Counted from the stretch's first letter, positions 41,810 through 52,365 are shown. The stretch is DNA of 64,000 nucleotides from Snowella sp. (GCA_035285545.1 JAYKGY010000021.1:1-64000); one strand, 5' to 3'. Made by a program: numbers and translations. Notes: generated from the letters alone by a model not told the origin.

Positions 41810-43534
41810 ATGAATGTTATGGAGGAAACACGTCCGAATGAGATCGATCTGACGCTTTTAGAAAAACAGTTATATCAATGCTTGCATAAAGACGCGATCG
41901 CCGTTCATCCCTTACACGTAACTTGCAAAATTGATGAAGAGACCCTAATCATTACCCTCCAGGTGGCAACCCATCCTTCTCTAGAAACCCCTGCGACCCT
42001 TTCCTGTATTCGCGATTTTTTAGACTATCACGTTCTTTCCAGTCTCTATCCCGCCAAAATTTATTTAACGCTACATTCCCATTCCGCCGAATTTTCAACG
42101 GATGATCCTGAATCTAATACCCGTTTTCTGGGTAGTGTTCCCTTCAAGTCCACGACTAACGCTTTAAAGCAACGCCCAACCGCTTCATCGTCGCTATTTG
42201 CTACTAAAACCTATCGTCCTTCTCCCCGTTTTCCCTTTTCGCAAGTTTCGGAGAAAAAAAACATCCAACGTTTATTCGGCATAGGTTTAGGCTTGGGAGT
42301 TTTAATGATAGGTTTTATGGTGCTGAATGATCCCTGTGGGATTGGCAGTTGCCCGAATTTAGCCAAGGCAGAATCGATTGCCCAAAATTCCTTAATCAAT
42401 TTACAAGTCAATTCTCCGACGAGTGTATTGACGACAAAGCAACAGTTAGATGAAGCCATCCAACTCTTAGAATCTGTTCCCTGGTGGTCTCGTTTCTACG
42501 CAGATGCCAGTCGTTTAGCCACCGATTATCAATCCCTTACCAAGGCATTAACGATATTGAGTCAGGTTGCTAATCAGGCCGAACAAGTGAATCAGTTAAT
42601 CCAAAAAGCCCCCTTACCCGTATCGGAATGGAAGACGGCTCAATCCTTGATTCAAGGAAATTTGGATCTTCTGAAGCAATTTCCCCCCCAGAGTCCCTTT
42701 GCAAATTGGGCGATCGCTCAGCAACGGGAATACGAAAAATGGTTGTCGAGTATCAATCAGCGTTTATTGCAAGAACAAACGGCTAACAATAGTTACGACC
42801 AGGCAATGGAAACGGTTCGGCTAGCCAAAGCACAGCAGATGACGGCCCAATCTTTGGGAGACTATGGCGCGATCGCGAACACCTGGAAAAAAGCCCTTCA
42901 ACAATTGCAAACGGTCAGTGAAGGGACAACCCCCTACGCAAAAGCAACAAAATCCTTAGAAGTCTATCGCCAAGAATTTAAAAATATTGCCTTGCTTCAA
43001 ACCCAAGAAGAAGCTGCCCAAATCAGCTATCAACAAGCCATCCAAGAAGGCAAACTGGCAGAAAAAGCCGCAGCCACTAAACAATGGTCTAGCACGGTTA
43101 GGCATTGGAATAATGCCCTGACGAATCTCAAACAAATTCCGCAAAATACCTTGCAAGCCGTCAAAGCAAAACCCTTAGTCACGAAATACACCTTATTTTT
43201 AAAAGAAGCACAAGAAAACTTTGCCCTTGCCAATCGATTGCAAACAATCAAACGAGATTTAACCAAGATCTGCTCTCAACAGGATAAAGCCTGTGATTAT
43301 TCCGTAAGCAATCAGGGCATTAAGGTTCGGCTCACCTCCGCCTATCTGCAAAAAATTTGGAATCTTTCGATCCAAGCGAAACTGCAATCCAATACTCAAA
43401 ATCAAGCTGGCATCCTCAATCATATTTCCCGTTTAGAGCAAAGTTTTCAAATTATCAGCAATCAAGCGGGTTTACCGTTGCAGGTTTATAATGCTCAAGG
43501 GAATTTGATGACGACCTACAATCCGCTGCGTTAG
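41810..43534 (+). CDS. Hypothetical membrane-anchored helical-repeat protein
   Basis: One TM helix, CGIGSC, and repeated W..A...L..IP..T...A units. Confidence 0.75.
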   Translation: MNVMEETRPNEIDLTLLEKQLYQCLHKDAIAVHPLHVTCKIDEETLIITLQVATHPSLETPATLSCIRDFLDYHVLSSLYPAKIYLTLHSHSAEFSTDDPESNTRFLGSVPFKSTTNALKQRPTASSSLFATKTYRPSPRFPFSQVSEKKNIQRLFGIGLGLGVLMIGFMVLNDPCGIGSCPNLAKAESIAQNSLINLQVNSPTSVLTTKQQLDEAIQLLESVPWWSRFYADASRLATDYQSLTKALTILSQVANQAEQVNQLIQKAPLPVSEWKTAQSLIQGNLDLLKQFPPQSPFANWAIAQQREYEKWLSSINQRLLQEQTANNSYDQAMETVRLAKAQQMTAQSLGDYGAIANTWKKALQQLQTVSEGTTPYAKATKSLEVYRQEFKNIALLQTQEEAAQISYQQAIQEGKLAEKAAATKQWSSTVRHWNNALTNLKQIPQNTLQAVKAKPLVTKYTLFLKEAQENFALANRLQTIKRDLTKICSQQDKACDYSVSNQGIKVRLTSAYLQKIWNLSIQAKLQSNTQNQAGILNHISRLEQSFQIISNQAGLPLQVYNAQGNLMTTYNPLR

Positions 43535-43642
43535 GTTCGCTTTCCCTGAAAGAGCCATGCAAAAAAGCAAAATACTCAAGATACAATAGAGGACGACGGA
43601 AGTTGTCAAGTCCTGTTGGGCATTTCCTCTTAAATTTCAGTC

Positions 43643-44299
43643 ATGACGAATCTTGTCTCCCCTCCCGACATTTATCAAGGCCAATTTGGAACCTTTACGA
43701 TTACCGAACGCGATCGCCGAGAAGTGATTTTCTATCGGGCAGGGTTGGGGTTAGCCGGATTAACCTTCGCGATCGGTAGTGGCTTAATTCTCTGGCAAGG
43801 GACAAATCTTGACATATTATCGGCTTTAACCCTATTATTTGCCCTTTTTTCCCTCGGTTTAGGCATCAGTTTAGCGTTGATTCATATTTATCTCGTCCTA
43901 CTGCATCGAGTCCTCCAAGCCTTTTGGGTCATCGGAACCCTGTCTTCAGTGATTTTGGCGATCTACAGTCCTGAACCCTTTGCCCTATTTGTGTATCAGC
44001 ACCCCCTTTCCCTCTTCGGTGTGGGTTTTACCTTTGCGGCATTAACCGGCATTTATTTCAAAGAAGCCTTTTGCTTTAATCGCTTTGAAACTAAGCTGTT
44101 AACCCCTTTAGTCCCACTCCTACTGTTAGGGCATTTATTTTCCATTCTTCCCGCTAGCGTAGAGCAGGGCTTATTAGCCGTTTGGGCAATACTTTTTTTA
44201 ATCTTTATTGGACGTAAAGCAACTCAAGAAATTCCGCCTGATATTGGCGACAAATCCGTTTTTACCTATCTCAAGCAACAAAAAGTGAGTAATCCTTAA
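43643..44299 (+). CDS. DUF2301 membrane protein
   Basis: YQGQFG, IHIY, KEAFCF and DIGDKSVF. Confidence 0.85.
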   Translation: MTNLVSPPDIYQGQFGTFTITERDRREVIFYRAGLGLAGLTFAIGSGLILWQGTNLDILSALTLLFALFSLGLGISLALIHIYLVLLHRVLQAFWVIGTLSSVILAIYSPEPFALFVYQHPLSLFGVGFTFAALTGIYFKEAFCFNRFETKLLTPLVPLLLLGHLFSILPASVEQGLLAVWAILFLIFIGRKATQEIPPDIGDKSVFTYLKQQKVSNP

Positions 44300-44321
44300 T
44301 TCGGTTACATTCCGTTAAAAT

Positions 44322-44335
44322 GTCACTTCAGCTAC
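44322..44335. promoter_or_regulatory. Possible imperfect NtcA site upstream of the ATP-grasp operon
   Basis: tGTC-ACTTCAGC-TACa, one mismatch to GTA-N8-TAC. Confidence 0.3.
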
Positions 44336-44397
44336 AAACCCTAACCTCCTTTCAGTTGATCTTGGTACTAGACAGCGCAATTTGAGGAGGGCTGAGC

Positions 44398-45834
44398 GTG
44401 CAACTCAAAAACTACGATCCCCAGTCATTTTATGATGAATTGTTTTCTGGGCCGGGTGCGCCGCGTCCCCATGCCGCCTCTCTCATTCAGTGGATGCAAC
44501 AACAGCCGCCTGAAACCTTACAAAAACACCACGAAACCGCGCAGTTAGCGTTATTTAATTTGGGTGTAACCTTTCGAGTCTATAGCGATCAGCAGGGTGT
44601 AGAACGGATTTTCCCCTTTGATATTATTCCTCGAATTATTAATGCGGACGATTGGCGATCGCTGGAAAGAGGACTCAAACAACGCATTAAAGCGTTAAAT
44701 TACTTTTTAAATGATATTTATGGGGCGCAACAAATTATTCATGACGGCAAAATCCCGATGGAAATCATTGCCTCAGCCAGTGGTTTTCTCAAACCCTGCT
44801 TAGGAATAAAACCGCCTGCGGGGGTGTGGTGTCACATTACGGGAACGGATTTAGTACGGGACAAAGACGGGACTTGGTATGTTTTAGAGGATAATTTGCG
44901 GGTTCCTTCGGGAATTTCCTATGTTTTGGAAAATCGTCGGGTGATGAAAAGTACCTTTCCTGAGATCTTTCAAACAATGGCTATCCAACCCGTTGATGAC
45001 TATCCCAGCCATTTACTAGAAACCTTGCTCAATTTAGCCCCGCCCCAATTACCCAATCCTAGAGTGGTTGTGCTTAGCCCTGGCATTTATAACTCAGCCT
45101 ATTTTGAACATTCTTTTCTGGCCCAACAGATGGGGGTGGAATTAGTTGAAGGTCGCGATTTAGTCGTCGTTGATGGCTATTTACAAATGCGGACAACGAA
45201 AGGTTTATGTCGAGTCGATGTGATTTACCGTCGTTTGGATGATGAATTTTTAGATCCCCAGGTTTTTCGTCCCGATTCTTTTTTAGGTATCCCTGGAATT
45301 ATGGAGGTCTATCGTCAAGGAAAAGTCGCGATCGCGAACGCACCAGGAACGGGGGTAGCTGATGACAAGGTAATTTACGCTTATGTGCCCGACATGATTC
45401 GCTATTATCTCAACGAAGAGCCTTTATTATCAAACGTACCGACCTATTTGTGTTGGCGCGATCAAGACCGAGAATATGTATTAGATCACTTACCCGAATT
45501 AGTGGTTAAATCGGCCAATGAAGCAGGAGGTTATGGAATGTTAATGGGGCCGAATTCTACCCCAACAGAACGGGCCGAATTTGCAGAAAAAATTAAAGCC
45601 AATCCGCGTAATTATATTGCCCAACCTGTTTTAAGTTTGTCCTGTGTTCCCACGTTAATTGATGGACAAATTGAAAGTCGCCATGTGGATTTACGACCCT
45701 ATATTTTAAATCGCGGTGAAGAAATTTATGTTCATCCAGGCGGATTAACCCGTGTGGCGTTACGCAAAGGCTCATTAGTGGTTAATTCTTCCCAAGGCGG
45801 CGGCAGCAAAGACACTTGGGTTTTAAGTAAATAA
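44398..45834 (+). CDS. Circularly permuted type 2 ATP-grasp protein
   Basis: VLEDNLRVPSGISY, SAYFEH, GVADDK and VVNSSQGGGSKDTWV. Confidence 0.93.
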   Translation: MQLKNYDPQSFYDELFSGPGAPRPHAASLIQWMQQQPPETLQKHHETAQLALFNLGVTFRVYSDQQGVERIFPFDIIPRIINADDWRSLERGLKQRIKALNYFLNDIYGAQQIIHDGKIPMEIIASASGFLKPCLGIKPPAGVWCHITGTDLVRDKDGTWYVLEDNLRVPSGISYVLENRRVMKSTFPEIFQTMAIQPVDDYPSHLLETLLNLAPPQLPNPRVVVLSPGIYNSAYFEHSFLAQQMGVELVEGRDLVVVDGYLQMRTTKGLCRVDVIYRRLDDEFLDPQVFRPDSFLGIPGIMEVYRQGKVAIANAPGTGVADDKVIYAYVPDMIRYYLNEEPLLSNVPTYLCWRDQDREYVLDHLPELVVKSANEAGGYGMLMGPNSTPTERAEFAEKIKANPRNYIAQPVLSLSCVPTLIDGQIESRHVDLRPYILNRGEEIYVHPGGLTRVALRKGSLVVNSSQGGGSKDTWVLSK

Positions 45835-45855
45835 TTTCAATATTATGATAACCAT

Positions 45856-45914
45856 CTATTAACTATTAACTATTAACTATTAACTATTAACTATTAACTA
45901 TTAACTATTAACTA
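45856..45914. repeat. Heptamer tandem repeat (CTATTAA)x8 plus CTA, STRR-like
   Basis: Direct count in the sequence. Confidence 0.95.
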
Positions 45915-45920
45915 CAAAAA

Positions 45921-46895
45921 ATGCTAAGTCGAGTTGCAGATTCTATTTATTGGTTAAATCGCTATATTGAACGGGCGGAAAATGTAGCACGTTTTGTGGA
46001 TGTCAATTTAAATTTAATGTTGGATCTTCCCAGTGGAGTTAATCAACAGTGGGAACCCTTGGTTTTAACGACAGGAGATTTGGCTTTTTTTAAGGAAAAT
46101 TATGGAGCCGTTAATCCGAATCATGTTATTAATTTTCTAACCTTTGATCAGCAATATTCCAACTCGATTATTTCCTGTCTGTATATGGCACGGGAAAATG
46201 CGCGATCAATTCGGGAAATTATTTCCTCGGAAATGTGGGAAGAGGTGAATCAGTTTTATTTAATGGTGAAAGAAGCGGCAGAACATCCTCCTCAAAATAT
46301 TCCTAGCTTTTTTACTCAGGTAAAATTGGCTAGTCATCGTTTTGCAGGGGTGATGGATGCGACCATGACCCACAATGAGGGCTGGCATTTTGGGCAAATG
46401 GGCCGTTTTCAGGAACGGGCCGATAAAACAGCACGGATTTTGGATGTGAAATATTTTTATCTCTTGCCTTCAGCAGAATGGGTGGGAACGCCTTTGGATC
46501 AAATCGAATGGATTGCGTTGCTCAAATCCGCCAGTGCCTATGAAATGTACCGTAAATGCCAACGACGTATTACTCCTAGCAATGTAGCTGAGTTTTTGAT
46601 TCTCAATCGCGAGTTTCCTCGGTCTATCTATTTCTGTTTGCAGGAACTCCAGCGATCGCTGCATTCAATTACGGGAAGTCCTGTCGGAACTTGGACGAAT
46701 GCGGCGGAACGAGATTTGGGGCGTTTATGTGGGGAATTAAGCTATTTAACCATTGAAGAAATTATTAAATCGGGTTTACACGAATTTTTAGATTCCATTC
46801 AAGGTCGTGTCAATGATATCGGGGTCAAAATGGCTCAGACGTTCTTTGTCAATGAACCCGTTTTATCCCTCTCCCAATCCCAATATCAAAATTAA
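45921..46895 (+). CDS. Alpha-E domain protein
   Basis: MLSRVADSIYWLNRYIERAE, ARENARSIRE, ERAD and FPRS. Confidence 0.92.
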   Translation: MLSRVADSIYWLNRYIERAENVARFVDVNLNLMLDLPSGVNQQWEPLVLTTGDLAFFKENYGAVNPNHVINFLTFDQQYSNSIISCLYMARENARSIREIISSEMWEEVNQFYLMVKEAAEHPPQNIPSFFTQVKLASHRFAGVMDATMTHNEGWHFGQMGRFQERADKTARILDVKYFYLLPSAEWVGTPLDQIEWIALLKSASAYEMYRKCQRRITPSNVAEFLILNREFPRSIYFCLQELQRSLHSITGSPVGTWTNAAERDLGRLCGELSYLTIEEIIKSGLHEFLDSIQGRVNDIGVKMAQTFFVNEPVLSLSQSQYQN

Positions 46896-46900
46896 TTTAA

Positions 46901-47806
46901 ATGTTGTATCAGGTACACCACAAAACGATTTATACCTACAATCAACCTGTTTTTTTTAAACCCCATCTTTTACGTTTCCGTCCCCAATCGAATGGCTGGC
47001 AAACCTTAAGGGATTTTTCATTAAAGGTAATCCCTGAACCTTCGGGAATGGCTGAGTTAACGGATCTAGATGGTAATAGTTTGCAAAAAATTTGGTTTAC
47101 GTCTGCAACCGAACAATTAACCTTAGAAATTAATTCTATTATTGAAACCCATATTGATAATCCTTTTAATTTCCTCTTGGAACCTTGGGCTTTAAAGTTA
47201 CCGATTGATTATCCCCAATCCTTATATCAACAACTCCAACCTTACCTACAACCCTATAGTGTGATTCCCGACGCGATCGCGCTTAATTTAGGTCAAGAAA
47301 TTGCCCAACAAACCCAACGCCATACCCTTTCTTTTCTTAGTGTGTTAAATCAACGCATTTATGAAAGCTGTGACTATATTGTGCGGGAAACGGGGGAACC
47401 CTGGGAAGCGGGCGTAACCTGGCAAAGAAAACAGGGTTCCTGTCGAGATTTAACGGTTTTATTTATGGAAGTCTGTCGGGCGATGGGGTTAGCGGCTCGT
47501 TTTGTCAGTGGCTACCAGGAAGGGGATTTAGAAAAGGATGGTTGGGAGTTACACGCTTGGGCGGAGGTTTATTTACCCGGTGGCGGTTGGCGCGGTTACG
47601 ATCCGACTCATGGCCTAGCTGTCAGCGATCGCCATATTGCCCTAGCCGCGAGTGCCATTCCCCATTACACGGCCCCTGTGGTGGGAGAAATTACGCCCGT
47701 AACGCCTGTGGTGAGTTCGGGTCAGGTCGTGCAGTCAACCCTACAAGCCGAAGTTTTTGTGAGATTAAAAGAGCCAGGAACCTTTATGTCTCAAACGATG
47801 TTTTAG
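46901..47806 (+). CDS. Transglutaminase-like protein with N-terminal Bact_transglu_N domain
   Basis: GSCRD, HAWAEV and YDPT catalytic triad. Confidence 0.92.
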   Translation: MLYQVHHKTIYTYNQPVFFKPHLLRFRPQSNGWQTLRDFSLKVIPEPSGMAELTDLDGNSLQKIWFTSATEQLTLEINSIIETHIDNPFNFLLEPWALKLPIDYPQSLYQQLQPYLQPYSVIPDAIALNLGQEIAQQTQRHTLSFLSVLNQRIYESCDYIVRETGEPWEAGVTWQRKQGSCRDLTVLFMEVCRAMGLAARFVSGYQEGDLEKDGWELHAWAEVYLPGGGWRGYDPTHGLAVSDRHIALAASAIPHYTAPVVGEITPVTPVVSSGQVVQSTLQAEVFVRLKEPGTFMSQTMF

Positions 47807-47949
47807 GTCAAGCGCGATCGCGAGAAGTAACTATAATGGGATTAATAATCAACGTAAAAAATCTTTATTAATCCGTAATCTATTTACAGGTGAAGCAGCC
47901 TCAAATTATTGTTGTTTATAATTCAGAAGAGAAAGTAAAGGAGAGAGTT

Positions 47950-49278
47950 ATGACAACAACGCTACGGGCAAAATTTTTAGAAGCCTCCAACAATCTCAAA
48001 TTATTTCCTTTATTGAAAACAGAAGAATTAGAAAAATTTGGGGTTATTTACGACACAGAGACCTTACTTGATCTACGTCAACGCATTGAAGACGGGCCCA
48101 ACAATAGCAAAATTATTTTGTCAGGACACACAGGTTGTGGGAAGTCTACCTTATTAGCACGATTAGCCCATAACGAGTGCCGAGACAACTTTTTTGTCAC
48201 TTTCTTTTCTTTGGCAGAAGCGATTGAAAACTCTGATGTTAATTATATCAATATTCTATTTGCGATTGGATTAAAATTATTAGAGAAAGCTGATAAAGAA
48301 GGCTTAGATTTCCCTGGTAGTATCAAAACGGATTTGATTAGTTGGTTTGCCAAGAAAGTCACGACACAAACGGCTGAATTTAAAGCAGAAGCAGGAGTTG
48401 GTGCAAATTTATTAGAATGGCTAATTTTAAAGCTAAAAGTTGATGCAGGTTTTCGGCACGAAATTAAACAGGAATACGCGCCTAAAGTTTCAGAATTAGT
48501 TGCTAAAATTAATGAAATTGCTGCAATTATTAATACCGTTACTGATAAGCGAATCTTAGTAATTATTGACGATATTGATAAACTTGATCGCAATATTATT
48601 TTAGAGACTTTTCATGGCAATATTAAGTCTTTATTTTTACCAAATTTTTGTGTAATTTATACCTTACCCATTTGGGCATTACGGGATGGTGAAGTTTTAC
48701 CGACTTTACAGAGTGAAACAAGCGATCAAATTGTTTCCATGCGAGTAATGAAGCTTTATGCCAAAGGTGAAACTCGCAAGCCAGATCCAAAACCTGAAGA
48801 CAAAGCAATTAAAACATTTAGGGAAATTTTACGATTACGCTTAGACCGAGAATCCTATTTAAACAATCCAGACAGTGAAAGTGAATTAATTGATGAAGAA
48901 GCGATAGAAAAAGCAATTTTATATAGTGGTGGCGTGTTACGGGAGTTAATTCGTATTGCCAATGAATGTTGTCGCATCTGTTTACGAATTTTATTGCAGG
49001 AACCTGAAAAAGTAATCAAAATTGATTTAGATGTTTTAGAAATTGCCGTTAATAATTTACGAATTCAGATGGCAAGGCCATTAGGTAAAAAGCGTTATGA
49101 AATTTTACAGCAAGTTTATCAAACCTACGCCCCTGATGATTCGGAAGATCCTGACTTTTTGGTGCTGTTAAAGTTATTAGGCATTATTGAATATCGCAAT
49201 TATCGAGAATGGTACGATGTTCATCCCATTCTTGTTGATTTAGTGCAGGAGTGGGAAAGAAATCATGCAAGCAGTTGA
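47950..49278 (+). CDS. AAA+/STAND-like P-loop ATPase (ORF open from 47890)
   Basis: Walker A GHTGCGKST, Walker B LVIIDDIDK, SGGVLRELIR and C-terminal WYDVHP. Confidence 0.85.
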   Translation: MTTTLRAKFLEASNNLKLFPLLKTEELEKFGVIYDTETLLDLRQRIEDGPNNSKIILSGHTGCGKSTLLARLAHNECRDNFFVTFFSLAEAIENSDVNYINILFAIGLKLLEKADKEGLDFPGSIKTDLISWFAKKVTTQTAEFKAEAGVGANLLEWLILKLKVDAGFRHEIKQEYAPKVSELVAKINEIAAIINTVTDKRILVIIDDIDKLDRNIILETFHGNIKSLFLPNFCVIYTLPIWALRDGEVLPTLQSETSDQIVSMRVMKLYAKGETRKPDPKPEDKAIKTFREILRLRLDRESYLNNPDSESELIDEEAIEKAILYSGGVLRELIRIANECCRICLRILLQEPEKVIKIDLDVLEIAVNNLRIQMARPLGKKRYEILQQVYQTYAPDDSEDPDFLVLLKLLGIIEYRNYREWYDVHPILVDLVQEWERNHASS

Positions 49279-50932
49279 TTCAATCCAGTTATCCGCAGCG
49301 AATCAAGACAGTTTTCAAGATCTCTTAATTGCGATTGAAGCCGGTCAGGGAGATTTAAATTTATTGTTGGCAATTTGTGATAATAAAAAATATCGAGAAT
49401 TTTTAATTAATAATTATGAACAGTTTCTTGAACAAATGGGCATTCGTTCCTATCGTGTTCAACTGAATCCTGAAGATCCAAGTTTATATCAAGTGTTAGC
49501 TAATCTCTATCACTCAGAAAGGTATTTACAAAATCAGGAAAAGTCAGTGGTAACGGTTTTAGGAGCAACCGATTTATTATCGCTAAAATTAGGCGAAAAG
49601 CGTTCCCAGTTAGAAATTTTTTGTGGTTATTTGCAATATACCAGAGAAGGCTTACGAGAGTTTCCTTTTCCAGTAGTGTTATGGTTAACAAATTTTATTC
49701 ATGATCAAATTGCTGAAAAAGCGAATGATTTTTACAGTTGGCGGCGAGGCGTTTTCTTTTTCACTCCTGAACCAAGTTTTCAAGAAAATATTGATGATAA
49801 TAAAGTTATTTATTTTATACAAGATCAAGAATTGAATTTTGGGAATATTGAGCAGCAAGGTATTGGAATACTTAAAATTGAAGATTTACAAGCATTATTA
49901 CAAGCATTAATTGATCAAAAGAAAGGAACTGCTGATCAAAATTTGGCAACACTATACAATAGCTTGGGAATTGCTTATCAGCAGAAGTTAGATAATGGCC
50001 AATCAACTGATTATAAAGCAGACTTGCAAGCAGCCATTTCCGCTTTACAAAAAGCAATTGAATTACAATCCTCTTTAAACTTAGAAATTGATTTAGCAAG
50101 GAGCTTAAATAATTTAGCTTCTCTTTATAAATCACAAGGAAAATACCTAGATGCAGAATATCTCTTAAAAAAATCACTTGCTATTCACGAAAAACAACTA
50201 GGAGAAAACCATCTTCATGTTGCTACAATTCTTAACAATTTAGCAGAACTTTATGATTCTCAAGGAAAATATTTGGATGCAGAACCTCTCCTTATAAAAT
50301 CTCTTACTATCCGACACAAGCAACTAGGAGAAAATCATCCTGCTAGTGCTCAAAGTCTCAACAATCTAGCAAGTCTTTATCAGTCACAAGGAAAATACGC
50401 AGAAGCTGAACCCCTTTATTTGCAATCACTAGCTATTGCTAAAAAATTAGGAGAAAATTATCCTGATTTTTCCATCAGTCTTAACAATCTGGCAGAGCTT
50501 TACCGATCCCAAGGAAGATATTCAGAAGCTGAACCTCTATCTTTAAGATCCCTAACTATTGTTGAAAAACAATTAGGCAAAAATCATCCTGCTGTTGCAA
50601 CTAGTCTCAACAATCTTGCATTACTTTATTATGATCAAGGGAAATATGAAGAAGCGGAACCTCTTTTGGTAAGATCTCTTGCTATTAATGAAAAGCAGTT
50701 AGGGAAAAATCATCCTGTTTTTGCAACTGGACTTAACAATCTTGCATTAGTTTACTATGCCCAAGGAAAATACCCTAAAGCAGCTTCTCTTTATCAAAGA
50801 GCGATCGCGATCGCTACTCAGATTTTTGGGCAAGATCATCCTAATACGCAAACAATTTCTAACAATTACTTAAAAATGCTCAATGAAGAGGGTAATCAAA
50901 ATAAATCAAAAAATCAGTCTTTAGACTCTTAA
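49265..50932 (+). CDS. TPR protein with N-terminal degenerate NTPase-like domain
   Basis: Six ~42-aa LNNLA.LY..QGKY.EAEPL repeats; the N-domain REGLREFPFPVVLW..DFYSWR lacks a Walker A. Confidence 0.88.
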   Translation: MQAVDSIQLSAANQDSFQDLLIAIEAGQGDLNLLLAICDNKKYREFLINNYEQFLEQMGIRSYRVQLNPEDPSLYQVLANLYHSERYLQNQEKSVVTVLGATDLLSLKLGEKRSQLEIFCGYLQYTREGLREFPFPVVLWLTNFIHDQIAEKANDFYSWRRGVFFFTPEPSFQENIDDNKVIYFIQDQELNFGNIEQQGIGILKIEDLQALLQALIDQKKGTADQNLATLYNSLGIAYQQKLDNGQSTDYKADLQAAISALQKAIELQSSLNLEIDLARSLNNLASLYKSQGKYLDAEYLLKKSLAIHEKQLGENHLHVATILNNLAELYDSQGKYLDAEPLLIKSLTIRHKQLGENHPASAQSLNNLASLYQSQGKYAEAEPLYLQSLAIAKKLGENYPDFSISLNNLAELYRSQGRYSEAEPLSLRSLTIVEKQLGKNHPAVATSLNNLALLYYDQGKYEEAEPLLVRSLAINEKQLGKNHPVFATGLNNLALVYYAQGKYPKAASLYQRAIAIATQIFGQDHPNTQTISNNYLKMLNEEGNQNKSKNQSLDS

Positions 50933-51063
50933 AGGTTAATTTTGGCGAACTTTTCTAAATTTTTGCCAAATTATGCGTTTTTGGGCACTCCAACAGGAAG
51001 CACTTAAACCTTAACCGAATCAACGATAATAAAATCATAAGGTTGCTTCAATGAGGACGCAGT

Positions 51064-52206
51064 GTGCTGTTAACCAAAGGCGTAGAAGTCGAAATTTATA
51101 CCGGAACTCCCGAAGGTGAAATTGTGGGCTTATCCGATCGCATTGTGCGGGATCTCGATGGCTTTGTACGAGAACCCGATAGCCGAAACGTGGAATATAC
51201 CACAGCCCCTTTGACAAGTTATGACCGCTTGCTCTGTGCCCTAGTGCGTCCTAGACAGCAATTACGCAAGTATTTACATAAACTCGGTAACTATACGTTA
51301 ATTCCAGGAAGTTGCTTACCGTTGGGGGGCGGCGATCGCTTCTATCGATCTGATCCACAAAATCCTTACCACAGCTATATTGAACAAACCTATGGAACCA
51401 AAGTTGTTACCGCCAGCGTTCACCTCAATATTGGCATTAGCGATCCGGATTTACTCCTGCAAGCTTGTCGGCTGATACGGGTAGAAGCTCCCTTATTTTT
51501 AGCCCTGAGTGCTTCCTCTCCGTTTTTTGATGGCAAAATTACCGGCTCCCACTCCACTCGCTGGCAAGTTTTCCCCAAAACCCCGACTCACGTTCCTCTA
51601 TTCCGTAGTCACGCCCACTTTATTAAATGGACAGAAGCACAATTAGTTTTAGGTACGATGCAAAATGTTCGCCATCTGTGGTCGTGCGTCAGACCGAATG
51701 GGGACAATCGCCCCTACAATTTAAATCGCTTAGAACTGCGAATTTGTGATTTAGTCAGCAATCCTCTCTCTTTATTGGCGATTATTGCTCTTCTAGAGGC
51801 TCGAATTACGCAAATGTTGGAAAATCCGAAGATTGATCCCCTTCAGCAAAGTATTTTTTCTCCTGACGAACTGACTCAAATTAGCGATGGGAATGAAGCA
51901 GCAGCAGCCCAACGGAGCTTAGATGCCACCTTGCAACATTGGCAGGATGGGCGAACCCTGTCAGCTAGAGACTGGATTGAAGAACTCTATGAAGAAGTTT
52001 ACCCGTTAGCCAAAAGTAAAGGGTTTAGCTGTTTTTTGTCCCCCCTCAAACAAATCCTCCGCCAAGGAAATCAGGCTCAACAATGGCTCCAGCAAGCGGA
52101 AGAGGGGCTTTCTTTGCCAACCATTATTCAACAGGCGATTCAAACGACCGAAGAGCAGGAAAAAGTTTTGGAAGACAGCCTCTGTCAACCTGGCGTATTG
52201 GCTTAA
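51064..52206 (+). CDS. gshA: Glutamate-cysteine ligase, cyanobacterial type
   Basis: KGVEVE, EPDSRNVEY, SASSPF and RLELRICD. Confidence 0.92.
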   Translation: MLLTKGVEVEIYTGTPEGEIVGLSDRIVRDLDGFVREPDSRNVEYTTAPLTSYDRLLCALVRPRQQLRKYLHKLGNYTLIPGSCLPLGGGDRFYRSDPQNPYHSYIEQTYGTKVVTASVHLNIGISDPDLLLQACRLIRVEAPLFLALSASSPFFDGKITGSHSTRWQVFPKTPTHVPLFRSHAHFIKWTEAQLVLGTMQNVRHLWSCVRPNGDNRPYNLNRLELRICDLVSNPLSLLAIIALLEARITQMLENPKIDPLQQSIFSPDELTQISDGNEAAAAQRSLDATLQHWQDGRTLSARDWIEELYEEVYPLAKSKGFSCFLSPLKQILRQGNQAQQWLQQAEEGLSLPTIIQQAIQTTEEQEKVLEDSLCQPGVLA

Positions 52207-52365
52207 ATGCCTCAAAAAGTATCAAGAGATACCATTTAGAGTTTATAAAAATTAATCAGTCTGTTAAGCCGAATAATTGATAAAGAAAAGCTATCAATTT
52301 ATGGGTCATTTGCTAAATTACCATAAGTAAAGCTTTAGTAATCTTATAGGGAGTAATTATACTTA

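Noticed and set aside
45856..45914. Possible CRISPR array
   Set aside because: Contiguous 7-mers with no spacers, and no cas genes in the window.
49980..50860. ~126-bp periodic DNA repeats
   Set aside because: Explained by TPR coding repeats.
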